DNA of 64,000 nucleotides, taken from Trichoplax sp. H2. Its lineage: Eukaryota. The stretch lies in contig NOWV01000028.1 of NCBI GenBank assembly GCA_003344405.1, positions 434,001 through 498,000 of the forward strand, given 5' to 3'. The notes below the pieces were generated by a model. It was given only the letters and a program-made list of their open reading frames with translations. It was not told the DNA's origin and searched no databases. Shown here piece by piece: positions 14,601 to 25,428 of this stretch (position 1 is the first letter of the stretch; every line of letters begins with the position of its first letter). Both the position numbers and the translations under genes were made by a program.

Positions 14601-15134
14601 CTGTCGCCGATAAGCTTGATCTCAATCGAGGCATCTTAAAAGATAGATACTATAGACAGGTAGTGAATATGCGAACAGACTTGAACTTCTTCTGCTTAGC
14701 GATAGTCAATTTATTCAAGATGCTAACATACCATTGCCATCTTTTACCTATATTTTAGCATTGCACTTTTTCATTTGGCAGCTATATGAAAGATCTTAGT
14801 AATGTCCACCCTGACTTATCGGATGTTTTTATTGTCGATAATTCTCCTGGTGCTTATCGAACTAATCCAGGTATGCTATACTGTCATTTTTTTTGCATTA
14901 TTTGTATGCTTGATGTTAATCTCTTGTTGGAATGTTCTTTATTATCTGTATCAACTCCTAACTAAATTTTTTATTCTTAACTTTGCACAATAAGAAAATG
15001 CAATACCAATTAAGTCATGGTTTTCAGATCCCACAGACACTGCATTACTCAACTTATTACCCATACTAGATGCTCTTCGATTCACCACAGATGTCCGATC
15101 TGTTTTAAGTAGAAACTTACACAGCCGTTGGTAA
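8609..15134 (+). CDS. CTDNEP1: CTD nuclear envelope phosphatase 1 (Dullard), HAD-family FCP/SCP phosphatase, about 238 aa
   Basis: Exons 8609-8701, 12094-12160, 13974-14040, 14196-14244, 14350-14466, 14588-14659, 14759-14870 and 14995-15134, all in phase. N-terminal hydrophobic helix ([13 protein letters not shown]), catalytic [38 protein letters not shown], and [29 protein letters not shown] match human CTDNEP1 as I recall it. Confidence 0.95.
11062..11289. repeat. Near-perfect 113-bp tandem duplication in CTDNEP1 intron 1
   Basis: taatcattttgcaagtagaatg...cctaaactattactc starts at 11062 and again at 11175, with only a few substitutions. Confidence 0.92.
12445..13520. repeat. Degenerate tandem array, about 6 units of 170-190 bp, in CTDNEP1 intron 2
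   Basis: Recurring blocks tccaaattga..., cattcttcaaactcacaagttactcaa, ctccaagtcttgcctaaattt and tagtacttcaaatgat. Unit starts are near 12449, 12617, 12800, 12989, 13179 and 13352. Confidence 0.8.
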
Positions 15135-16548
15135 ATAGTAAATTTTTTATAAGAACTATCGTTCTATTATTCCTAAGCCATATGACTGAAAGGCGAAAAT
15201 TCTATTACAAATCGTATTATAGCAACACTATGTTCTTATTTGATCAGAATGTGAATTGCTACAAGTTGAACTATGACAATTCGCATTAACTTCTTACGCT
15301 TGCCAGCGCCATGTATTATACAGATGTATTGAATAAGATATCGTTTAGCAGTTATGCAAGGCTAAAAATTTATCAAATTTGATCTTGCCTAATTTTTGAA
15401 GCATTGTGTAAAGATTTAGTTTAAACGCTATTGCTCAGTAAAATTTGAGCATTCACTTATGATGATAACATTTTTGCATGTTATTTTTTTAATATGACTA
15501 GCTGTAATGATAATAATAGCAATTTATATCACTTTTTTTATAGAGTCCTCTGTTATTAATGTGGATTGTACAACCTTTGTACTGTACGTTTCGATCATGT
15601 CCCGAATTGCAATGCATATTATTTATGTTCATTGTGTTAGCAGAAACTAATGTCCCACAAAATTTCTATGCAAATTTTCACCTATTTGCTGTATAAAAGA
15701 TGTCAATCAGAAAAAAAATAAATCATCTTTACTTCTTCACCTAATAATGACGATGATGGCTCTGTATTCTCCCAAGTGTTCAACTTTATCATATAACTAG
15801 TTAAAAGTTACTAGCACTTGCGTGGCACATGCCAATAGTCCTTAAGAAAAATTTCATATTGATTTGTTTATTTACTAACAAAGACTAACAAAATATTGCC
15901 ATTCTTAGAACACCAGTATCAACGTAAAATGCCTTAGCTCTAGTATAATACTGCTGCTATCCGTGGCCCATAAACTAATTGTAAAAGTTTTGTGCATGAC
16001 GTCACTCTATCTGGGTGTATCTTTACGTAAATTTAATCGAAATTACTTTCATATTTCTATAATAACAGGATCAGTTAGTTAGTCATCAAGGCACAGAATT
16101 TACAATATTTCAACTTTAACTAAGCAAAATCTTCTCTATAGAGACTTGGAAAGCTACCCAAAGATGATTGTAACACGTGAAAAAAGGCACGAAAATGTTA
16201 TAGCGTTATGACACATTGCCTTACACGAAGAATTCACATCTATACACAATCGTTTAAATACGATACAATGTATATATTTTCCCTTATTACGTTTCACATA
16301 TTTCTCATCTAATTTTTAAAACACCAAATTAAAATAAAAGATATTTTAGCAGATGGTCTCACCAAAAATTAATAGCATTTGATAGTGGTGAGGTAATTTT
16401 AAATAACTACGAAAATTAAATCGTATAAACTGTCCCTAACAAAAGATAAATAAAATTTGTAAAACGAAAGTGTACTGCTTTGTACAGAAACTCTTAGTAT
16501 CGAAGAATTTGATGTTATAAATTATCATCATAGTGTCTTGAATGACTA

Positions 16549-19500
16549 TTATATGATAAGAGTTGCATCAATCTGCGTAAGTGACGGCAAAGCCAGTTTA
16601 AGTTTTCGCCTATACATGGGATCAGAAGCAATTGGATTTGCTTCTAAGTAGATCGTCTTAATTTTTTTGCAGTTATCGAGCTCCTTAACATCGTTCCAAT
16701 CTTGAACTTGATTATTGTTCATCTTCATACCGAAAAATAAAGAAAATTAACAAAAATAAGATTCTTTAATGTGGAAAGAGCGCAGAAAATTTTATTTATG
16801 TATCCAAAATATAAACGTAATAAATAAATATTAAAAAATCAATCAAAATACTGTATATGATAGATATACCCAAAGCTCCTCTAGTAATGTTAAATGACCA
16901 AGATTCTGAATTTTACTGATACGATTGGCAGCTACATCGAGAATAGTCAATTTCGTCTTCCAAAAAATAAGTTCGTAATGATACACAGTTAGTTAGGCTA
17001 AAATTGAGGATCATTCTATATACTATCGAATTATTTTCAATTTTTTATTATAACATAGATACTATCCAATACCAGATTTTCCAGTCCTTCTATAGTTTTA
17101 ATACCATTATCGCTGACATATAGTTCCTCTAAATTGACCAATTCTGATAATCCGAGCAATGATTCAATACGATTGCACTATAAATAGATGCAGTTTATCA
17201 CTATATTTGTCATTAAACTCTACATTGCTATATAAATAAGAGCTTTAACGTATTTTTCTTATACCTGGATACTGAGAGTTTTCAATCCACGCAGACAGCA
17301 AATTCCCTGTAAATAGTTAGTAGAATTTGTATGTGATTGTTCTTAAAGTTACATCAATGAATTTATTATCATAATGGCAATCCTGCTGATTTGCAAGCAT
17401 GAATAAAGCGATATTACCTCAAAGGATGCAATTTTATTACGGCCCAAGTACAAAGATGTTAGATTTTGCAAATTTTGAAAACCCTCGATTTTCTAAATTT
17501 GATCGGAGACATGAGGTTAAGCAATATATAATTTATAATTAAAATGAAATTGTATTTACCCTAATCTTATTGGATCCAAGCTCCAGCATCTTTAATTCTT
17601 TTAAGTTCTCTAAATTTTCAATAACTTTAATTCTGTTATTACACAGATATAAGTCTTCAACTTTATCCTGTTGATGGAGGTTTTCAATTTTTTTTATTCC
17701 ATTGAACGATAGATCAAGCTGTCTATAAGACAAACGGCATATATATATATATATATATGAATAAATGTATTAGAATTATTTCAAATTTCTATAAGTATTC
17801 GTAGTTTTGGTACTATTATTATATTTGACACTAGAGCGACAGTTTTAAATTTTGAAGGAAATATACCTAAGATTGACCAAAGTGTCAATATTTTCAATTT
17901 TTTCCAATTGATTATCATATAGATCCAACTCAGTAAGCGTTGTTAGCATATCAATGGCTTCGATACGCTTAATTAAATTTTGACGAAGGCATAATTTCTA
18001 TCAAAGAGACGATATAGCAAAAAAGATTTTAAAATAAAACCTAAAACCTATGATACATTCGCCATTGATGCTAATTAGTTTATAACTTCTCTATGGTAAA
18101 TAGTAAACTTATAGGGCAAGTTAACAATTAATTTTTCAACAAATTGAAAAAATACTAGCTAAAATAACTACCTATAAGACCGTTAGTAAAGGGAATAACT
18201 GCAAACAGTGATATCTCTTCTATCTAATACCGATTAGCGTATATCGCTAGATTGTTTAAAATGTAGTCATACTAAAGTATTTCCATAAACGCCAATTATC
18301 GCTACAGCTGTAATCTATAAAAATTTTTAGCAAATGCTGTGATCGATCGGTACATATAACAAAAATTTGATGAATAACCTCAACACGACGCAGCCTGTCA
18401 AGATTTTCAATTTTTTTCAAGCGGCTGTTTGCAATTTCGACCACCTACAAAGCACGTATAGTAGAAGAATTTGAATAGATTGAACATTTCTCATTAATAC
18501 TTTTCAATAGTTAATTATTATTTTATAATTCCTTGTTCCGTATCATTTTAAGACCTTAGATAAACTATAGTACAAGAAGGTATGTTATATTTAAGAGAGA
18601 TAACTACTGACTAGAATATTCTCTCGCTTACTGAAGCGGTTGGTAAACGATGATAGTTTGTGTTTAAACTAAAAAGATACGTATTTTCCATATCCTTCAG
18701 TGGATTACATAGTTTGACATTTATCATTAAATAGGCGACAAATTACGCATTGAAAAGTTGTTAATATTGGTATATACGTATTCATCCATTAACCCGAAGT
18801 TAAAACCTTGGGGCAATTTACAAAATTATGAATCGCAAAGATCCATTACATCCATCGTATATAAATAAATAATGAAGTCAAACGCAATTTTTCTATTCAT
18901 AATTGTGAAAATAGGACACTCTTTCATTAAATGGAGAAAATCGAATAACCATCTTATTTAAAAAACCGATACTGTGAGAAGTTGATGGTTGTGTTTCTCG
19001 GATTCTTCGAAAAGTGAAATTCATGTATTGTATTTTTAAAAGGAAATGCTACAAAATTTTTGCCTTATAAGCATTGTACCAATGCTGCTCTATATACAGG
19101 CCAACGTAAGTTTAGTTCTATTGGGTAGAGTTAATACCATTTAATTCTGAAATAGGTGTAAAGCCATCCATTCTATTGTGTGCCTACCGATTACTTTGTA
19201 ATCGAGCTATCATTGTTAGCATAAAGCAGTCGATTAGCAGGCCAAAGGCATAATGTGATTGAGACCTTTCTCATTTTATAGCTATTAAAGTCAGTTATAT
19301 TTTGAAATGATTTACCCTACTAAACACTACGCTGTTGAAATGGAACAGTGAAATAGAACCAAACTACTTCCCGTTTGATAAAGCTCATTTACCATTTGGT
19401 AATAGTTGAGCGATGTACCAGCTGTATGAAATTGGGTATTAATTTTGAAAGATTGCAGAACATGCATATAACAGGTGGACAGGTATTTCGGCAATATTTA

Positions 19501-20591
19501 CTGTATATTAAATCTCGGCATTGGGTAGTCATTATTAGTAGAAGCATTGAAACTTCCGTATGCAAATAATACGTTCTTAAATGCCAAAAAGTTACTGTAT
19601 ACTCGTATACATTTGGTTAATGGGCTGGAAAGATTTAGTGTGTGTCCTCATACTGATCTCCATTTCTGCCAACATTGACAGTATTCTGTTAAACGGATAA
19701 TTTAGTTGATCGCTTTTACGGACAATAGTAATACCGAATACTTCTAGTCATGAATTGATCTCCGACCAAGAAGTAATGATCTAAATCGTTGCCAACATTT
19801 ATTCCGATAAACGGAAATTCACGATTGGAGTTGGTTTCAAGGCCAATAGTGATACCAAATCGATCACCATCTTATTCTACATACACTATTCCAAAGGCAA
19901 ATTTAGTAGTATTACTTTCAAGGAGGATAAATAATGGTAATTGCATTAAGAAATGACAATTTCAATAAGCTACTCGGCGAGTGATGGTGAATAAGAAGAT
20001 GGAGATAATTGCACCATCATCATGCAGATGACGTTGTAATATATTTGCTACTTTGGAATCATATTTCGTGTTACTATTTTGTTGAACAAGATACTTTAAA
20101 ATGGACTAGCTTATAGCCCGCCCGTTTAGGAAGTAAGCCACGCAATTTTCTATTTCCATTAAGAATAGAGCCTTGGCTCTAGTCTAGGTCAAGGTCCTTG
20201 GCTGAGATTGAGCACTCAAAAACAGCTTGGCCAGTAATCCCAGTATCCATCTTTGTGGTCAAGTTATGAAACGTCATTAAATGGTAACTTGATGACGAAA
20301 AAATGTATAAACTTGACTGCAATCTATCGATTAAGATAACAACTATTCAACATGTTATGATCAAGATAAGACTAACCAAGCTATCAGGATCGAGCTCAAT
20401 AATCAATTCTTCGCTATCTTCGCCTACAGGAATAAGTAGAGAATAGTGTTAACCTCAAGCCACTAACTATATCTCTCGGCTCATCGGCTCGATCGATGCT
20501 ATACTAGCCTAGAAAGCAATAAGGAGACGATGCACTTGTAAGCCTTTTTCTAACCTTTTTCAGCACATTGATTATCTGTTGATGAAGACAT
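16549..20591 (-). CDS. PPP1R7: Protein phosphatase 1 regulatory subunit 7 (SDS22), leucine-rich repeat protein, about 308 aa
   Basis: Exons 20591-20555, 20423-20377, 18444-18379, 17997-17867, 17722-17560, 17492-17418, 17306-17265, 17177-17073, 16956-16870 and 16722-16549, all phase-consistent. SDS22-type LRRs (KLCLRQNLIKRIE, LTELDLYDNQLEKIEN, LELGSNKIRKIE) and LRR cap YRRKLKLALPSLTQIDAT. The first exon is the least certain. Confidence 0.93.
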
Positions 20592-21168
20592 GATCGGGTA
20601 CTTGTAGCTGAGTATTTTACGTTGTTGCTGTTGACTAAAAAGGGCCAAAGGAAACACTTGTGATGAACGATCAAAAATGAGAAATTGAAGTTTTCATCAC
20701 CTTGGTAATACTGCTGTAGTATCACGTAGTCAATGTCAGACGATGAATATAGAGACTATTCCTGCAGTCAGACTACAGTATTGAGTACCAAACTGCACAA
20801 TGTGTATACTGTGCTTATCCAGTAGCAGACCTCTTGTATGTACTATGTAATACGTACTAGTGTTTTAGTCCAACTCAATCAACATTCTTAGACGGACAGA
20901 TAGAATGGACACAATCTTGTCAACATCTTTATTATGGGCAAACACTTGATCATGGCAGCAGTTATGACTTGAATTGGACTGATTTTCTCTGCATAAACTA
21001 AGTAATATTACATTTAATCTTACTGTATTACAATACGATAGACTGTATGAATGAAGCTGTCACAAATTAAAATTTAATTAAATAACCTGTGATGTGGAAA
21101 ACAGACACAGAAGATAGATGATCGATACTACTTAGCCATTTTTCGAAATTTAAAGGTCTCTATCCGGT

Positions 21169-22223
21169 AAGAAAAGTCCGTCCATCCGAGAGAAAATGAT
21201 CACTCAAGATCGCAGCAAGTTCATGGGCCATGGCTAAATCGCCATTCTCGATGATCGCGATCGTCGAAAATGGCGTATCTTACGTCTAAGTTGAAGAACA
21301 GAGCTTTCTGTACAGTACACGTATTGTAAAATGTACATTTGATCGATCCTGCGTTTGTTAACACCTATGATGACTACATCGCTGAAATGGCTTATATGAT
21401 TATATAAGAAAAGTCCGTCCATCCGAGAGAAAATGCTCACCCAAGATCGCAGCAAGTTCATGGGCCATGGCTAAATCGCCATTCTCGATGATCGCGATCG
21501 TCGAAAATGGCGTACCTAAATTGAAGAACAGAGCTTTCCGTACACGTATTGTAAAATTTACATTCGATCGATCCAGTGCCTATTAACACCTATGACTACA
21601 TCGCTGAAATGGCTTATATGATTATATAAGAAAAGTCCGTCCATCCGAGAGAAAATGATCACTCAAGATCGCAGCAAGTTCATGAGCCATGGCTAAATCG
21701 CCATTCTCGATGATCGCGANNNNNNNNNNNNNNNNNNNNTTCGAAATTTAAAGGTCTCTATCCGGTAAGAAAAGTCCGTCCATCCGAGAGAGAGTGATCA
21801 CTCAAGATCGCAGCAAATTCATGGGCCATGGCTAAATCGCCATTCTCGATGATCGCGATCGTCGAAAATGGCGTATCTTACACCTAAGTTGAAGAACAGA
21901 GCTTTCTGTACACGTATTATAAAATGTACATTTGATCGATCCTGCGTTTGTTAACACCTATGACTACATCGCTGAAATGGCTTATATGATTATATAAGAT
22001 AAGTCCGTCCATCCGAGAGAAAATGATCACTCAAGATCGCAGCAAGTTCATGGGCCATGGCTAAATCGCCATTCTCGATGATCGCGATCGTCGAAAATGG
22101 CGTATCTTATACCTAAGTTGAAGAACAGAGCTTTCTGTACACGTATTATAAAATGTACATTTGACCGATCCTGCGTTTGCTAACACCTATGATGACTACA
22201 TCGCTGAAATGGCTTATATGATT
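21169..22223. repeat. Tandem array of 222-237-bp near-identical units, each with a 36-bp palindrome, interrupted by an N gap
   Basis: Units begin aagaaaagtccgtccatccgag at 21169, 21406, 21628, 21767 and 21996 (the last reads aagataagtcc). The palindrome cgccattctcgatgatcgcgatcgtcgaaaatggcg lies at 21240, 21477, 21699 (cut by the gap), 21838 and 22067. Confidence 0.95.
21720..21739. other. Assembly gap (20 N)
   Basis: Run of n in the sequence. Confidence 1.
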
Positions 22224-23414
22224 CATGATACACGCCATATTGCCATTACTGTACTTACTGAGTTTCAATTCAAACAATTTACATAAATCGTACAGCATTA
22301 TGCTATGTGGGCAACTATGTGGAACATTCATACCCACTCACCCGACCTACGGGTATACACTACTATAAACAGTAGTCTAGAAATAAAGATCATACAGGAA
22401 TTTCAACGGAATACAACTTTGATTTTTGAACGAAGGAGTGCTATCGAAAATAATCAGATTGTACAATACTCTTATACTCCATACTGCATGTAGTATGTCT
22501 CGCCCTGGATCCTGGATACGTATCCATTTTGAATGTAAATCACTCCCGATGTCTTCTTCGGACGGGCGGACTTTTCCTACTCTATGAGATCGAAAATGTC
22601 GAAAAATAGCTACAGCACCTAGTATGGATCCTCCGTGTCTGTTTGCTAAATCACTCGTACTAATTTAACTGCTAATAATACTAGCTTAACATCCGGGTCG
22701 CTTCGCCAACAGAGATATCGTAATTCATACTCGTCGATTCTTATATAATTATTTCAAGTAGAACTTGGTAATAGATTTTAAGATTGAATGACTCAATTGA
22801 CAGTTGGAAAAAATCAGTCAATTCAGAATCGACCGCACGCATCCTAAGGAACTCTACGGTACAGTGACAAGTCTAGGTCTTCTTCCAATATACAGTAGTA
22901 GAGACTACAGAGTAGTGTACACTTGAAAAGTCCTATCTCATTGTATGTACATTTGTTACGTTTTCAAATATATGATCTTCTACTCGGCAACAAGGAAGAT
23001 TTCGTCAAATCTTCGAATGAGTCCCAGTAGTGCTAGAGTGTTGACGTAAACTTTATTGTTTTACTACAGCGTTCTATAACTGAACAGAACCAACGGTTTA
23101 CATATACTGTAGTATGCTGTACGCTGTATAATAAAGGTCTTTTTTTAGCAGGACATGAAAAATTGCAAATAAAGGTCCCTAGTCACCATACAAGTCTTGA
23201 AAAAGTAAAGCAAAGTCCATGACTGTTCTGTACTAGTATAAAAAAAAAGAACAGAAAAAAATCTTGAAAGTATTACGTAAGCAAGTAAGGCTCCGAGCCT
23301 GCGTACAGCTTTAGTAGTGTCCGATACAGTTGAAAAAAAAAGGAAAATGTAAATCCGGGTAAGCACTCTGGTATCTATTGGATAGCATTAGTAAGCTAAT
23401 GTATAACGTCGTAA

Positions 23415-23832
23415 ATGGGTTTGAATTGGTAGCAATGCTTCAGAAAACAGACACAGAAGATCCCTTCTTCTTTAACTCTTTGCCGACATTTCTGTCCCTC
23501 TTTCAAAAAAGTCCATCCATACCTCATGTCTCGAAGAACTGGTGCACTCAGCAATGTGACATGACTATGCACAGTATAAAAAACCATGCTATCTGTGTGC
23601 ATGACAGCATGGTTTGAATTAGTAGCAATGCTTAAGAAAACAGACACAGAAGATCCCTTCTTCTTTAATTAAGTAACTCTTTGCCGACATTTCTGTCCCT
23701 CTTTCAAAAAAGTCCATCTATACGGCTCATGTCTCGAAGAACTGGTGCACTCAGCAATGTGACATGACTATGCACAGTATAAAAAAAACCATGCTGTCTG
23801 TGTGGATGACAGCATGGTTTTCTGAATTGGTA
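23415..23832. repeat. Two tandem units of about 193 bp carrying the same terminal motif as the 21-22.8 kb element plus a hairpin
   Basis: ggtttgaatt(g/a)gtagcaatgctt.agaaaacagacacagaagatccc at 23418 and 23611. Each unit has aaaagtccatc and ends in the stem-loop aaaccatgct...agcatggttt. Confidence 0.9.
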
Positions 23833-25428
23833 CTGTATCATGTGTCACTGCCATATACATGATACAGTACTGTACGTCAACGGTGAAGTTTTTCATACTG
23901 GCACTACTATAGCAAAAAGTGAAGAGGCTTGTAATCACGATTCTGATTTCATAAATGTGAGTGATAAAATAAGGAAAGTGGTGCTTGCCGATTTACAGTT
24001 CAAATGACCACTTTACTGTATATCACTGCTACTATAGCACTGCACTTTTACTTTCTTTGGATTGAATATAGAATTGTACATGTGGAGAAAAAGGCCTTAC
24101 TGTTCTTCTTCTCTCCTAAATTGCAAAGGCCTGTGCCGCTCGATACTGTTGTACAAGTACACACCCACAGGGCGGGCCTTGTGACTTGTGACGTTTCTTT
24201 GAATACGCCGAGTCTGAACAGGTTTCAATCTTGTTGGTGTATTGTCAGTACTAGACGCCCTACTGTGACGTTAGTGCTTCATGCTGAGTGCTGTATTCAT
24301 TTTAAAAATTGTACTATTCATTGCAAGCCATGCGATGACAGAATTCAGTTATCAGACAAATGGAAAAGCTTTTCCTAGACTCCTATCCAGGAAGTTGCTG
24401 CTCCTTGATGATGCTTTAAAGCGAAGAGACGCTAAATTGAAAATCCAACATTCCTACCAGCCCATGCCTAGTCCAATTCATTGTAATTCAATTCTACAAT
24501 GCAACTGAAATGGAAACGTCAATCGTCACTTGGCTGACCTCAGTCTACTTTCTATTGTGTCAGCAATGAATGACCTGAAGTAGACGATCATCCTCGAGTA
24601 CGTACTGTCATACAGGTGACTCGCGCAGCTCACCCTCACTGTATTCAGTCCAGCTCTGGTAACGTGCGTCGCGTTGCGTCAGAGTTTCTGGGATGTGCAA
24701 CGAGTGCCAGCGCCCAAGTTGATTGGCATATGGGCAAGGCGGTCATTGTTTGAAGCATTGTAAGGCCTACATGTAGAGTAGTTGTCCGGGACATTATAAT
24801 GGATTTATACAATAATCATAATCTTCAATCGACATTACTATGTGTCCTTTTAATTACTTGAACCATTTTAGTAATTGTATTGAATTAATTAGCATTCTAG
24901 TGGCAAGGAGCTCAAGGGCAGATAGGGGGAGCCGGTGAATGAACTACGCTTAGGAGTTAGTATCGCTCACCAGTCAACAACAGCAGATTGTCTGTCACAC
25001 TGTGTGTGACTCACCCACCACTTTTCATGTCAGTCGAATGACACGGAACCACGGACTCCATCCTGCACACGCTCTCTCCCAGTACGATACAACCACTGGT
25101 CTATCAATACAATACGCTCAGATAACTGGTACCGTACCGGAACAAGACGTCAGTGAAAAAGGCTGCCAGCCCCCGGTAGTACTACAGTATATTCGATTCA
25201 GTCTATGGAGTAGGCCAGAGAAAAAAATTTTTTTTTCCTTTCACAATTTTTTTTGGCCTCCGATCTTGGACTTGGTTCACTCAAGAGAGTTTTTACCCTC
25301 TTCAAGCATTCTTACTGGCAATTATTATTACTACTGAAGACTTTCGCAAAGGTTAACTACAGCCAGTTGTTATTAACAAAAACTGTCATTGCTGTTGGAG
25401 ACGTGTCGACGAGTTTTTTACACCTGAA

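Larger units (their letters stand above)
20965..22830. mobile_element. Putative non-autonomous DNA element with long degenerate terminal inverted repeats (Mutator/foldback-like), no transposase
   Basis: Left arm (about 20965-21190) and right arm (about 22555-22830) share collinear inverted blocks: tgaattggactgatttt / aaaatcagtcaattca, gtatgaat / attcatac, aaacagacacagaagat / atcctccgtgtctgttt, tagccatttttcga / tcgaaaaatagcta, and gaaaagtccgtccatccga / tcggacgggcggacttttc. No target-site duplication identified. Confidence 0.6.

Noticed and set aside
21169..22223. CRISPR-like array (36-bp palindromic repeats at regular spacing)
   Set aside because: The intervening sequences are near-identical and about 190-200 bp long rather than unique spacers. 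There are no cas genes and the context is eukaryotic.
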